From a candidate division TM6 bacterium SOIL31 (GTDB lineage Bacteria > Babelota > Babeliae > Babelales > Vermiphilaceae): DNA of 64,000 nucleotides. Within the stretch, counting starts at the first letter, position 1. Every line of letters starts with the position of its first letter. Location of the stretch: NCBI GenBank assembly GCA_001468865.1, contig LDIY01000042.1:22066-86065 (forward strand). Reading direction: 5' to 3'. Positions 8,447 through 20,413 of this stretch are shown here, in pieces. The position numbers and the translations under genes were made by a program. Under the pieces are notes generated by a model. That model saw only the letters and a list, made by a program, of their open reading frames with translations. It was not told the DNA's origin and made no database searches.

Positions 8447-10315
8447 TTATTCCACCGTTACTGATTTTGCGAGATTGCGCGGTTTGTCGATTGGACACCC
8501 GCGCTCTTTTGCGACTGCATAGATAAAATATTGCACCAAACCAATCATTGCCAAAGGACCAAGCAACGCGGGAATCTCAGCAGAAATAGTAAATGCTGTT
8601 TCTGCCAATTCAATCAATTCATTTTGATCAGCATACGCAAACGCAATAATAATGCCGCCGCGCGCTTTTACTTCATTGGCATTGGAAAGAAGTTTTTGGT
8701 AAATAATGGGATCACGATGAGAAAAAATATAGACAGGCATATTTTTATCAACCAATGCAAGTGGACCGTGTTTCAATTCCCCTGCTGCATAACTTTCAGC
8801 AAAAACGTACGCAATCTCTTTTAATTTTAATGCCGCTTCCATTGCAAGCGGATAACTAATATGTCTTCCCAAAAATAATGCTTTATCATAATGCGCATAG
8901 TGCATTGCATGAATGTGATCAATTATATCTTTATGCTGTTCGAGCGCATTTTCCAGCACGTGTGCCACATGTATTATATCCATTTCTGCTTGTAGCAAAT
9001 TTTCTTGCATTATTGCATTTTTTGCGTATGCAAAATAATGCACAAACCAATAGAGCGCTGCCAACTGCGTGGAAAACGCTTTTGTTGAAGCAACAGCAAC
9101 CTCAGGACCAGCACAAGTAACTAAAAAGCCACCTGCTTCGCGCACAATGGTACTTGTTGCAACATTGGTAAGCGCAATGGTAGATAAACCATGCGCATTA
9201 ATCAATCGTAATGCCTCAAGAGCATCTGCCGTTTCGCCTGATTGAGAAATAATAACATACAGCGTATTTTTGTGGGGAAAAAAAGAGTTGTACCTAAATT
9301 CAGAAGCTAAATGTACACTTACCGGAATGTGTGCGACTGCTTCAAAAAAGAATTGCGCTATACGCGCTGCATGCCACGATGTTCCGCATGCCACAAAACA
9401 GATATTTTCGGTGTTTTTTATCTGATCGGTGGAAAATCCCAGCTGTTCAAGTAACATCGTTTTTTTTGACTGCAATGAATCAACCGTTTTGATGATAACA
9501 TTTTTTTGCTCATATATTTCTTTAAGCATAAAATGTGTGTGCTCACCTTTATCTGCCGTTTCAAACGTTGCAGCAGTATGATGAACAACAATGGATAATT
9601 CATTACCGGCAAAATCGTATATTTTTACGTTATTTTTGGTAACAAGCGCAAAACTTTCATCCGGTAAGAAAATAACTTTATTCGTTTTACCTGCAAATGC
9701 AATAACATCTGAAGCAATGAACATTTCATTATCGCCCATACCAATGCACAACGGAGATTTTTTACGGACAACAATCAAAAGATCGGGAAAAGTCTGAAGC
9801 ATTGCAATGAATGCATACGCACCATCAAGTTGCTGCACAATTGCAGCAACATCACCTGCATTAACATTTTCTTTTTCTTTGATCGGTTCAAAAAGATGAC
9901 TAATAACTTCCGTATCAGTATCAGAAAAGAATGTATGTCCTTCATACAGCATATCTTCTTTTAATTTTAGATAATTTTCAATAATGCCATTATGCACCAC
10001 CGAAATGGTTTTTGAACAATCAAAATGAGGATGAGCATTTTCCTGAGACGTATCACCATGGGTGGACCATCGAGTATGACCGATACCCAAAAAGCCATCG
10101 ATGGGTTCCTTTTTTACCCGTTCGGTAAGATTAATTAACTGACCAGAAGACTTAGAATAAAGAAGTTTATGAGAATTGGCATCAAGACACGCAAAACCCG
10201 CGGAATCATATCCACGATATTCAAGGCGCGCAAGTCCTTCAAAAATGAAGGTACTGCAGAAAGAATTTCCTATGTAGCCAACAACAGTACACACTACTCT
10301 CTTCCTTTTATTCAT
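8447..10315 (-). CDS. glmS: Glutamine--fructose-6-phosphate aminotransferase
   Basis: Full-length GlmS: N-terminal CTVVGYIG, two SIS domains, canonical C-terminus KPRNLAKSVTVE. The true start is probably GTG at 10294, directly before the catalytic Cys codon. Confidence 0.95.
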   Translation of the reverse strand: MNKRKRVVCTVVGYIGNSFCSTFIFEGLARLEYRGYDSAGFACLDANSHKLLYSKSSGQLINLTERVKKEPIDGFLGIGHTRWSTHGDTSQENAHPHFDCSKTISVVHNGIIENYLKLKEDMLYEGHTFFSDTDTEVISHLFEPIKEKENVNAGDVAAIVQQLDGAYAFIAMLQTFPDLLIVVRKKSPLCIGMGDNEMFIASDVIAFAGKTNKVIFLPDESFALVTKNNVKIYDFAGNELSIVVHHTAATFETADKGEHTHFMLKEIYEQKNVIIKTVDSLQSKKTMLLEQLGFSTDQIKNTENICFVACGTSWHAARIAQFFFEAVAHIPVSVHLASEFRYNSFFPHKNTLYVIISQSGETADALEALRLINAHGLSTIALTNVATSTIVREAGGFLVTCAGPEVAVASTKAFSTQLAALYWFVHYFAYAKNAIMQENLLQAEMDIIHVAHVLENALEQHKDIIDHIHAMHYAHYDKALFLGRHISYPLAMEAALKLKEIAYVFAESYAAGELKHGPLALVDKNMPVYIFSHRDPIIYQKLLSNANEVKARGGIIIAFAYADQNELIELAETAFTISAEIPALLGPLAMIGLVQYFIYAVAKERGCPIDKPRNLAKSVTVE

Positions 10316-10352
10316 ATTGTTAGGGAAATTTCGAGCTGAGAATAAGATACAT

Positions 10353-10390
10353 TAAAAAAAAATTAGGGGCAACCGTAATGGATGCCCCTA
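10353..10390 (-). terminator. Rho-independent terminator after rpsI
   Basis: Minus-sense hairpin AGGGGCATCCATTACGGTTGCCCCT followed by a long T-run. Confidence 0.75.
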
Positions 10391-10411
10391 TTAAGATTCA
10401 AAAATCTATAA

Positions 10412-10837
10412 TTAACGCTTAACAAACTGGAATTTACGACGAGCAGCTTTTTGACCGTATTTTTTACGTTCTTTCTTACGAGCATCAACGGTCATAAGGC
10501 CATGTTTTTTCAACGCTGGTTTGCTGTTAGCATCAAATTCCACAAATGCACGAGCTATACCCAATTTTACTGCATCCGCTTGTGCGTTTTTACCGCCGCC
10601 AAACACATTAGCTTCAACATTAAAGCCTGATCCTACCGGAAAGACTTTGAAAGGGATTGCTGCAACATCTGCTGCGATTTGGGTATCAAAATAAGTAAGA
10701 TGATCTAACCCATTTACTTTAATTTGACCATTGCCGGGACGCAACCAGATACGTGCTACTGCAGTTTTTCTGCGTCCTACGCCGTGAGCAACAGGAATGC
10801 CCGCGTTATTTGTTTCTTTTTTTGCCATTTTTGCCAT
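10412..10837 (-). CDS. rpsI: 30S ribosomal protein S9
   Basis: GVGRRKTAVARIWL ... GGGKNAQADAVKLGIARAF ... C-terminal RRKFQFVKR. Confidence 0.95.
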   Translation of the reverse strand: MAKMAKKETNNAGIPVAHGVGRRKTAVARIWLRPGNGQIKVNGLDHLTYFDTQIAADVAAIPFKVFPVGSGFNVEANVFGGGKNAQADAVKLGIARAFVEFDANSKPALKKHGLMTVDARKKERKKYGQKAARRKFQFVKR

Positions 10838-10859
10838 ATCGCACTATAACCTTATGATT

Positions 10860-10897
10860 AACCCCATTTTCCATTGTATTACAAATGGGGACCCCAA
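10860..10897 (-). repeat. GGGG(T/A)CCCC-core hairpin element, copy A (upstream of rpsI)
   Basis: Minus-sense TTGGGGTCCCCATTTG-taatacaatgga-AAATGGGGTT. Confidence 0.7.
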
Positions 10898-11003
10898 TAA
10901 ATATGAGTCATTTAAAATAAAAACTGTCAAAATAATATTTGTTAACTAGTATAGGATCATAAAAGCCAATTGTCAAAAACTAGCAGTTATTGTAGCGGGC
11001 TTT

Positions 11004-11375
11004 TTACAAAGAATGTAACGCTCCTTGACCCACTTTTTCTTCAAAATTCTCTTGGCATGCCAAGCATCTCATAGTTCCAGGAAACGATTGCAGGCGTTTT
11101 TCGGAGATAGAATTGCCACAATCAGCACAGAGACCATAATTGCCTTCTTTTATCCGTTCGAGCGCTTTGGCTATCCCACGGTATTCTTCTACCTCGGCAT
11201 CCTGTAAAGACATGCGCAATGATTCCATGGTAGCAGTCAGTGCCTGATCGCCCGGATCTTGGACTTGACCGTCAGAAAATTGTTCTTTAGACATTTCGGT
11301 CAATTTCTGCTCCAATTCCATTTTTCGATTCAGTAAATCTGCTTCTATTTTTTTTAAATTACGTTTATTATTCAC
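11004..11375 (-). CDS. DksA/TraR-family C4 zinc-finger protein
   Basis: Coiled-coil N-terminus, then CADCGNSISEKRL...MRCLACQ. Confidence 0.8.
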   Translation of the reverse strand: MNNKRNLKKIEADLLNRKMELEQKLTEMSKEQFSDGQVQDPGDQALTATMESLRMSLQDAEVEEYRGIAKALERIKEGNYGLCADCGNSISEKRLQSFPGTMRCLACQENFEEKVGQGALHSL

Positions 11376-11868
11376 CTTTTTTCCTTTTTTTATGAAAAAA
11401 ATCCTTTAACAATGCTGCAGCCTCTTGCTCTTTAATTCCCTGAAGAATAAAAAGGGCGTCCCTTTTGTATACCCAAAGATCTTCCTCCTTGTCAAGACTA
11501 AATCCGAATAAAGGAGAAGCTGCGCCATATACAACTCCGCTCAGGCGGCTTAATGTAATAAGTCCCATACACATAGAGCACGGCTCAAGCGTTACATACA
11601 AAACATGACCGCTCAAACGCCAATCCCCAAGCGCCTTACTTGCTTGTTCAATAGCAATGCATTCAGCATGCGAACGCTGCGTATAATCTCGCTCAACACA
11701 ATTGTAACCGCGACCTACAATCTCACCAGCGGCATTAACTACCACCGCTCCAATAGGAACTTCATCGATTGTAGCCGCCAACTGTGCCTGCTCAAGCGCT
11801 TTTTGCATGAAAAATTGGTCTTTTTCTGCACCAAATACGGTTTCTAACATCATCCCCCACAAATCCAC
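11368..11868 (-). CDS. tadA: tRNA adenosine(34) deaminase
   Basis: CDA-fold zinc motifs HAECIAI and PCSMCMGLI. The exact start among several in-frame Met codons is uncertain. Confidence 0.85.
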   Translation of the reverse strand: MDLWGMMLETVFGAEKDQFFMQKALEQAQLAATIDEVPIGAVVVNAAGEIVGRGYNCVERDYTQRSHAECIAIEQASKALGDWRLSGHVLYVTLEPCSMCMGLITLSRLSGVVYGAASPLFGFSLDKEEDLWVYKRDALFILQGIKEQEAAALLKDFFHKKRKKGE

Positions 11869-11998
11869 AATTTCAGTTTGCTTATTTTATTTTAGTTTAA
11901 TTTTTATAATTTACAAGAAATATGGCTTTTTACTTAAAAATCCGTATAATAAGCGGCATTGTTACATTTTTAATTTATTTTTATCCAAAGGAGCCTGT

Positions 11999-12472
11999 AT
12001 GTATAAAAAACTACTTTTTTGCCTTACTACCCTTGCTCTATCAACAAATGCTCTTCAGGGAATGAAAAAAAACCCAAATATACCTCAGAAGGATAGTCGG
12101 TTTACCAGTAAATTTCCCAACATTAAGTTACCTCTCGGCCTCAAAGCTGCTCTTAAAGGTGGTAAAAATGGCGCAATCGCTGCCTTTTTAGTCGCTTTAC
12201 CTTCTATTGGACTTCTTGATGGTTCTCTCAAAGAAAAATTAGCTTTGCCTTTTTTGAGCGGATTTGCAGGAGGAATAATTGGCATTCTTACCAGTGGGCT
12301 TTCAACATTTCTTCCAACTGGAAATGAGGGTTTTACTTATACCCAGTCAACGGCAATAAAATTTCGAGCACAAGGAGTAGGAATAGGCGTTGGTAGCATG
12401 ATTGGGTTAGCTGCACTTGGTTATTGCTATTCGCTCAACAAATTAGAAAACTTCCGCATTTTCAACCCATAA
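11999..12472 (+). CDS. Gly-rich membrane protein (leader-Met family)
   Basis: ATG 11999 after AAGGAG. Leader ...STNALQGM. Gly/Ala-rich hydrophobic segments. Confidence 0.65.
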   Translation: MYKKLLFCLTTLALSTNALQGMKKNPNIPQKDSRFTSKFPNIKLPLGLKAALKGGKNGAIAAFLVALPSIGLLDGSLKEKLALPFLSGFAGGIIGILTSGLSTFLPTGNEGFTYTQSTAIKFRAQGVGIGVGSMIGLAALGYCYSLNKLENFRIFNP

Positions 12473-12500
12473 CAGAAATTAACAATTTTTATTATTTGAT

Positions 12501-12536
12501 GGCTGTAGTGAGACTTTTTTCTGCAGCCTTTTTTTG
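12501..12536 (+). terminator. Rho-independent terminator
   Basis: GGCTGTAG-loop-CTGCAGCC followed by TTTTTTT. Confidence 0.6.
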
Positions 12537-12660
12537 TGCTTATTAATAGGAAAAATAGAGAAACTAGACCTGTTATAATAATTCATTTTTTTTCTCTTTT
12601 AAAGTATAATGAAATTATATTATGAAATATCTAAGTAACAATAAAATTTGAAAAAAATTC

Positions 12661-12693
12661 ACCCATTTCAGGGTCCCCATACAAATGGGGTAT
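12661..12693 (+). repeat. GGGG(T/A)CCCC-core hairpin element, copy B (upstream of gyrB)
   Basis: ACCCatttcaGGGTCCCCATacaaATGGGGTAT, ending about 25 nt before the gyrB ATG. Confidence 0.7.
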
Positions 12694-12711
12694 TAAAGAA
12701 AGGGTCGGTAA

Positions 12712-15150
<2,439 letters not shown>

Positions 15151-15219
15151 AAATACGATGGGCGTTTATTATTGATAAATACTCCTCAATTAATAAGTCA
15201 TAAAAATAAAGATCAATCA

Positions 15220-15789
15220 ATGAACAACAAAATTCTTCTACTGTATAGTTTGCTCGTTATTCCTTATGTTGGGTTCGGCATGGAAGAGAAAAGCACAACT
15301 ATAGGTTATTTTTCGGGATGTCATGAGAGAGATTTAGCAAGCATTAAAAAACTACCGATACTCCAACAAGAGGGATTATTCTGCAATAAACTCTATAAAC
15401 CCGCAATCAAAGCACAACCTAGCTTTGAAGAAGATCGCGATAAGATGTATACTTTTGCCGCGCACTACAATAAGCAAACTAAGGTAGCAGTAATATATCT
15501 CAACGACATGGTCGTAGAACGCATTCGTGTGTATGACAATCCAGCTATTCCTATTGAGCTCTCGCCCGATAAATCTATTTTTATCTGCGTAAAAAAATAC
15601 AATCAACAGGTAGTAGGATACAAAGTTGACAAAGTAACAATAGCATCGGAACTCTCTTATCTTGATAAAGCGACCAAATTAGAAAAACCACAGACATCCC
15701 ACTGGCCCACAACCATTGCAGGTTTTTTGTACGGCTCTGTGCTCACCGCAACGTTGGTAATTATCTACAATGAACTATATCTTACATAA
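15220..15789 (+). CDS. Hypothetical exported protein with C-terminal TM anchor (leader-Met family)
   Basis: ATG 15220. Leader ...PYVGFGM. C-terminal hydrophobic TIAGFLYGSVLTATLVIIY. Confidence 0.6.
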   Translation: MNNKILLLYSLLVIPYVGFGMEEKSTTIGYFSGCHERDLASIKKLPILQQEGLFCNKLYKPAIKAQPSFEEDRDKMYTFAAHYNKQTKVAVIYLNDMVVERIRVYDNPAIPIELSPDKSIFICVKKYNQQVVGYKVDKVTIASELSYLDKATKLEKPQTSHWPTTIAGFLYGSVLTATLVIIYNELYLT

Positions 15790-16759
15790 TTTACATATGA
15801 CCCTTTTAGAAAACATCGAACAATACATTCAAAAACATACGCTTATTCAACACAATAACACAATTATCATCGGGCTCTCCGGAGGGCCCGATTCTGTATT
15901 TCTATTACACGCACTTATCGCATTGCAGAATAAATATAATCTCACGCTTATTGCTGCTCATCTTAATCATGAATGGCGTCAAGAAGCGGATAGCGAAGAA
16001 GAACTATGTCGCAATGTTGCTGCGCAACACAATATTCCTTTTGTTTCAGCAAAGCTATCATCACTACAACAAAGTAAAAAATATAATGGTTCCAAAGAAG
16101 AATTTGCACGTAATATGCGCCGCCAATTTTTAGAAAGCGTTGCGCAAGAACACAATGCAGATCACATTGCACTTGGTCATCATGCACAAGACCAACAAGA
16201 AACATTTTTTATTCGCTTAATTCGAGGTACTAGTTTATCTGGCTTGACTGGAATTGAGCCGCGGGCGGGTATTTATATCAGGCCGTTACTAGAAACCAAT
16301 AAATCTGACATTCTGCAATGGTTGAATGAAAACAATATTACCTATGCACATGATATCAGCAATGAATCACCTAATTATTTGCGCAATCGTATCCGATCGA
16401 ATGTGCTTCCTGCACTGGAGCAATGTGATGAACGTTGGAATGACAATTTTTTAACAACACTCAATCGCCTTAAACAAGATGATGCACTGCTAGATGAGGT
16501 CGCTACCGCGACACTCAACACATGTATGGATCATCAAAACATTCTCAACGCAGTATCCTTTGGCAAATGCCATAAATCATTACATCATCGCATGATTATG
16601 CGATGGTTAATTCTTAATAAGGTGCCATTTCCTGCAACGCAAGCATTCTTTGATGAAATAATTCGCTTTATTTGCGGCCCCAATGGCGGCACGCATGCTA
16701 TTCATGAAGAGTGGTCGCTCGTGAAAAAACAGAATAAAGTTTTAATTATAAAAAACTAA
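15770..16759 (+). CDS. tilS: tRNA(Ile)-lysidine synthase
   Basis: PP-loop IIIGLSGGPDSVFLLH. The start may instead be ATG 15797. Confidence 0.88.
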   Translation: MNYILHNLHMTLLENIEQYIQKHTLIQHNNTIIIGLSGGPDSVFLLHALIALQNKYNLTLIAAHLNHEWRQEADSEEELCRNVAAQHNIPFVSAKLSSLQQSKKYNGSKEEFARNMRRQFLESVAQEHNADHIALGHHAQDQQETFFIRLIRGTSLSGLTGIEPRAGIYIRPLLETNKSDILQWLNENNITYAHDISNESPNYLRNRIRSNVLPALEQCDERWNDNFLTTLNRLKQDDALLDEVATATLNTCMDHQNILNAVSFGKCHKSLHHRMIMRWLILNKVPFPATQAFFDEIIRFICGPNGGTHAIHEEWSLVKKQNKVLIIKN

Positions 16760-16770
16760 AACTAAAATGT

Positions 16771-16958
16771 ATTCCCCCCTCCCGTTCGCCCTGAGTGTTC
16801 GCTGAAGCGCAGTGCAAGCGAATGTATCGAAGGGTATTCTTCACTTAAATCTCATTTCAAATTAATACACATAAAATTATTCTTAAGATTAACCCTTCGA
16901 TACATTCTTCTACGCTAAAGCTTCGTAGAACACTCAGGGCGAACGGGGCTAGGGATTA
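16771..16958. mobile_element. MITE-like nested inverted-repeat element (FDKLR/PELVEG-type repeat family)
   Basis: CCCGTTCGCCCTGAGTGTTC (16781-16800) is the perfect reverse complement of 16928-16947. Inner arms GAATGTATCGAAGGGT (16820-16835) pair with 16892-16907. Confidence 0.75.
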
Positions 16959-16978
16959 TATTTATTTTTTCTTTTCTT

Positions 16979-17040
16979 CCGTACACCCTGAGTGTTTTTG
17001 TCTTCAAAAATGTATCGAAAGATCAGAACGAGCGCAGGAG
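16979..17040. repeat. Degenerate half-copy of the same repeat family
   Basis: CCGTACACCCTGAGTGTTT...AATGTATCGAAAG resembles the left arm of the 16771 element. Confidence 0.5.
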
Positions 17041-17105
17041 AAAAAATCTTATTTCCTTTTCCTCCCATATTGGCGTAGAATAGTAGTCAAAAAAAGGAAG
17101 TTCTC

Positions 17106-18086
17106 TTGAACATTCTTCGCCTCAGTAGAAATGCAACAATCATAGCACTCCTTTTATCCCTCCTTTTCCACGTATCGACCGTCCTTTACGTCTTCATGCA
17201 AAAAAAAGCACATCTTGTTAATAATGCTGATCAGCAAGCTGAGCAACAACAAGAATTAGAAAGAATACAAAAACAAAAAGAATGGGCAGAAACAAAAGCC
17301 CTTGCAAGCAATTTTGGTGCACCAGTATTTTTTGAAGATGCACCTGAAGAAGAAAAAGATGAATCTGCAGAACAAATAGATCCAGCAGGGCCCCAAGAAA
17401 TTACAGAACCGGAACCACTGCCCGAAGAAAATAATCCTGTGGAAGACAACGTTATAGAACCCACCGCGGTAGCTTCACCTGACTTTCATAGTTTTAATGA
17501 AGTAGCTCTCCAAAAAACAACATCCTCCTTCGCTAACATGTCCTCCGAAGCTTTAGCGAAGGAGGAAGCTACGGCGAACACAGCAAAGAAGAAGCCTCGC
17601 AAAAAAAGAATACACAAGCCAAGAGTTAGCCAAACCAATAATTCCACAATCGAGCTCACTAGCCCCAAAAAACCTCCACTATCACTCGCGCAACTCACCC
17701 AAGGATTTATGCATCGCCTCAAGGATGAAGGAAGATACGCTGTATCAATGCTTGGTAATAAAAGTGGACGACCAACAGAAGAGCAACTTAAATATGAACG
17801 ATATTTGCAGAAACTTGAATGGTGTTTTCAGAACTCGCTTCGGATTAATCGTGATCGCATTCCACCGACACCTCAAGACGCAACTGTTTATATACGTATG
17901 ATCTTGAATCGTGATGGAACACCTCAACAACTTTCTGTAGCAAAACCATCAGGAAACATCTTGCTGGATAAATTTATCCTTTTTGTGTTTCAAGATGCGA
18001 GTTCATCATTTCCTCCAATACCCCCTTATTTAAAAGATGATCCATTTGCAATTACCTGCTTAGTTCCTTGCTCACGACAACTCTAG
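17106..18086 (+). CDS. TonB/TolA-like energy-transducer protein
   Basis: TTG start. N-terminal anchor containing SLLFH (SxxxH-type). Glu/Pro-rich linker EPEPLPEENNPVED. TonB-C-like C-terminal end. Confidence 0.6.
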   Translation: MNILRLSRNATIIALLLSLLFHVSTVLYVFMQKKAHLVNNADQQAEQQQELERIQKQKEWAETKALASNFGAPVFFEDAPEEEKDESAEQIDPAGPQEITEPEPLPEENNPVEDNVIEPTAVASPDFHSFNEVALQKTTSSFANMSSEALAKEEATANTAKKKPRKKRIHKPRVSQTNNSTIELTSPKKPPLSLAQLTQGFMHRLKDEGRYAVSMLGNKSGRPTEEQLKYERYLQKLEWCFQNSLRINRDRIPPTPQDATVYIRMILNRDGTPQQLSVAKPSGNILLDKFILFVFQDASSSFPPIPPYLKDDPFAITCLVPCSRQL

Positions 18087-18168
18087 TTTAATAAAAAACT
18101 TCACCGATCAAGTATGAGTATGATAGGGTGGATAGCAAAACCAAACCTCTAAGACTGAGAGATAACCA

Positions 18169-18720
18169 ATGAAGCATCTCATACGAATTCTATTCCCCCT
18201 CATCATAAGCGCCGTAGTAAGTACTACGTATTGCTTAGAAAATTTTGATATCTGTCTTAAATCAAAATGGCGGGAACTTGATAACAACTGTGATAGATGT
18301 ACCAACTTTGGAGGAAAATGGGTAGTTGTAGGCAGCATCACTTTCAAAAAAAGATCTAAAGAACCGATCGCAGTAGATGCTATTAACCTTCATTGGCATG
18401 GCGAAAGACTTAATCAGCTAATCGGATCTTTGTATAGAAAAATACCCGGCAAAGACTTTTTAGCTCTGGAAAGTAACTTGGTTTGCGATGGTGTTTGGAA
18501 TGAAAAAAAACAAACACTGATGTTTGATTTCGATGAAAAACAAAACTTGGGTCCCACGACCGTTTTTTATTTAGTTCTTACCATGCCTTCTTCGATCGAA
18601 CCCATTCTTAAAAATGGCTATTTTTGCCTAGAAAATGACTGTCTACCTCGCCCATTTAAGCATTCCATTCAGCATGAAAAGCTCTTCTTAGCCATCAATG
18701 ACGCTCATCCTAAACACTAA
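18169..18720 (+). CDS. Hypothetical exported protein
   Basis: Long ORF with a hydrophobic leader; no recognisable domain. Confidence 0.6.
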   Translation: MKHLIRILFPLIISAVVSTTYCLENFDICLKSKWRELDNNCDRCTNFGGKWVVVGSITFKKRSKEPIAVDAINLHWHGERLNQLIGSLYRKIPGKDFLALESNLVCDGVWNEKKQTLMFDFDEKQNLGPTTVFYLVLTMPSSIEPILKNGYFCLENDCLPRPFKHSIQHEKLFLAINDAHPKH

Positions 18721-18846
18721 TCCCTAAAAACCTGGCAAAAAACCCTAACACCCCCTTAGCATACAGGTTTTTTTCTGCTATAATTGTAAAATAATGGCGT
18801 AAAATTACTATGCCAACCCTACAAAGAATACCTAAGTTCTTGTTTA

Positions 18847-18885
18847 GGGGTCCCCAATCGGAATGGAATAAAGATTGGGGCTAAA
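18847..18885 (+). repeat. GGGG(T/A)CCCC-core hairpin element, copy C (upstream of J-protein gene)
   Basis: GGGGTCCCCAATcggaatggaataaagATTGGGGCTAAAAA. Confidence 0.7.
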
Positions 18886-18932
18886 AATATCAACTTGGCC
18901 ATATAAGGTGGCCTCAAAATATACGGGTGATC

Positions 18933-19196
18933 ATGAAACATTATAGAGTTCTTGGACTTGATTCTTTGGCTACATGGGATGAAATTAAAACTGCATACCG
19001 CGCATTGGCGATGAAATACCATCCAGATCGTAATCCTGGAGACGCTGCCGCGGAAGCAAAATTTAAGCAAATCCAAACTGCATACGATGTCCTAGAAGAA
19101 CGAAAACATCAACGCACCCCTAAATTAGACGGCCTCCGCTCACCAAAGCCTAAAAAACCTGAAGCTGAAGTGATGGCAGAGGAAGAGACTGAATAA
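18933..19196 (+). CDS. Small J-domain-only protein
   Basis: [34 protein letters not shown], followed by a short basic tail. Confidence 0.8.
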   Translation: MKHYRVLGLDSLATWDEIKTAYRALAMKYHPDRNPGDAAAEAKFKQIQTAYDVLEERKHQRTPKLDGLRSPKPKKPEAEVMAEEETE

Positions 19197-19260
19197 TTGA
19201 GCCCTACGTGCGCTTTACGAGCTCTAAAGGGGCTAGCCCATTTATAGGGAGAATGTATCT

Positions 19261-20403
19261 ATGAACAAAACAGACTATTATAAAGTATTAGGCGTCGGCC
19301 AATCAGCTACAACAGATGAAATTAAAACAGCATACCGCAAACTTGCTATGAAATATCATCCTGACCGTAATCCTGATAATAAAAACGCCGAAGAAAAATT
19401 TAAAGAAGCAACCGAGGCTTATGAAGTGCTCGGGGATGCACAAAAACGTTCTCAATATGATCAATTTGGTCATGCTGGCATGAATAATAATGGCATGGGT
19501 GGTGGTGGACATGGACACCCCGGCAGTATGAATATGGATGATATTTTTGAAAACTTTGGCGATATCTTTGGTTCTATGTTTGGCGGCGGCGCTGCTAAAA
19601 ATCGCCGTAAAAAAGGTCCTCAGCCACAGGCTGGACTTTCGCTCACTAAAGAAATTGAAATTACCCTCAAAGAAGCTTTTCTAGGCACTAAAAAAGAAAT
19701 TGCATATCATCACTATTTCTGTTGTGATACTTGCAAGGGAAGTGGCGCACGTCCTGGAACCAGCGCGCAAACATGTACCACCTGTAATGGTTCAGGTGAA
19801 ATGCACTTTAAACAAGGCTTTTTCATGTATGCGCAAGCGTGCGGAGCCTGCTCTGGAAAAGGTTTCATTATTGCAACACCATGCTCAACATGTAATGGAC
19901 AATCACGCGTGCAACGCTATGACAAATTTACCGTTAATATTCCTCAAGGTATTTTTGATAATGCAGAGCTTCGTGTTTCTGAAAAAGCTGATGCTGGCCT
20001 TTTTGGCGGTCCAGCGGGAGATCTCTTTTTACGTATCAACGTTAAAGAAGATAAAACATTTAAACGCGATGGCGATGATTTAATTTGTAACGTGATGCTC
20101 ACCTACCCTCAACTCACTCTTGGTTGCCAAGTGGATATTGAAAATATTGATGGAACAAAACATACCATCAAAATCCCAAAAGGGTGCCCGGTTGGTGAAA
20201 AAATAGTGATTTCTAACGAAGGTTTTCCTAAACTTCGCGGTAAAACTCGCGGTAATTTAATTATTATCACGCAATGCTTTATCCCTACCAAAATATCTGC
20301 TGATGCAAAAAAGAAGCTTCAGGAATATTCTGACATTGTGGGAACTCAGGCTAGTGGTAATGATGGATTTATCACGAGCTTCTTTAAGAAATTCTTGGGG
20401 TAA
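19261..20403 (+). CDS. dnaJ: Molecular chaperone DnaJ (type I)
   Basis: J domain with HPD, G/F-rich region, four CxxCxGxG zinc-finger repeats, C-terminal substrate-binding domains. Confidence 0.95.
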   Translation: MNKTDYYKVLGVGQSATTDEIKTAYRKLAMKYHPDRNPDNKNAEEKFKEATEAYEVLGDAQKRSQYDQFGHAGMNNNGMGGGGHGHPGSMNMDDIFENFGDIFGSMFGGGAAKNRRKKGPQPQAGLSLTKEIEITLKEAFLGTKKEIAYHHYFCCDTCKGSGARPGTSAQTCTTCNGSGEMHFKQGFFMYAQACGACSGKGFIIATPCSTCNGQSRVQRYDKFTVNIPQGIFDNAELRVSEKADAGLFGGPAGDLFLRINVKEDKTFKRDGDDLICNVMLTYPQLTLGCQVDIENIDGTKHTIKIPKGCPVGEKIVISNEGFPKLRGKTRGNLIIITQCFIPTKISADAKKKLQEYSDIVGTQASGNDGFITSFFKKFLG

Positions 20404-20413
20404 ATATTTTTTT

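Noticed and set aside
10316-10411. Possible glmS ribozyme upstream of glmS
   Set aside because: The 96-nt gap is occupied by the rpsI terminator hairpin and is too short for the ~170-nt ribozyme. I saw no conserved ribozyme core.
12661-12693. Reading the CCCCAT part of the GGGGTCCCCAT elements as a sigma32 -10 box (CCCCATNT)
   Set aside because: No CTTGAA-like -35 lies at 13-17 nt in any copy; the gyrB copy has TTTGAAA 21 nt away. The associated genes (rpsI, gyrB, hup, tRNAs) are not heat-shock genes.
18721-18926. CIRCE (HrcA operator) upstream of the J-protein/dnaJ genes
   Set aside because: No TTAGCACTC-N9-GAGTGCTAA inverted repeat is present; only an unrelated TTAGCATAC string.
19198-19245. 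Possible additional GCTTTACG-type hairpin unit between the J-protein gene and dnaJ
   Set aside because: It shares only an 8-nt string (GCTTTACG) with the 37662 unit and lacks a convincing stem. This is too weak to call.
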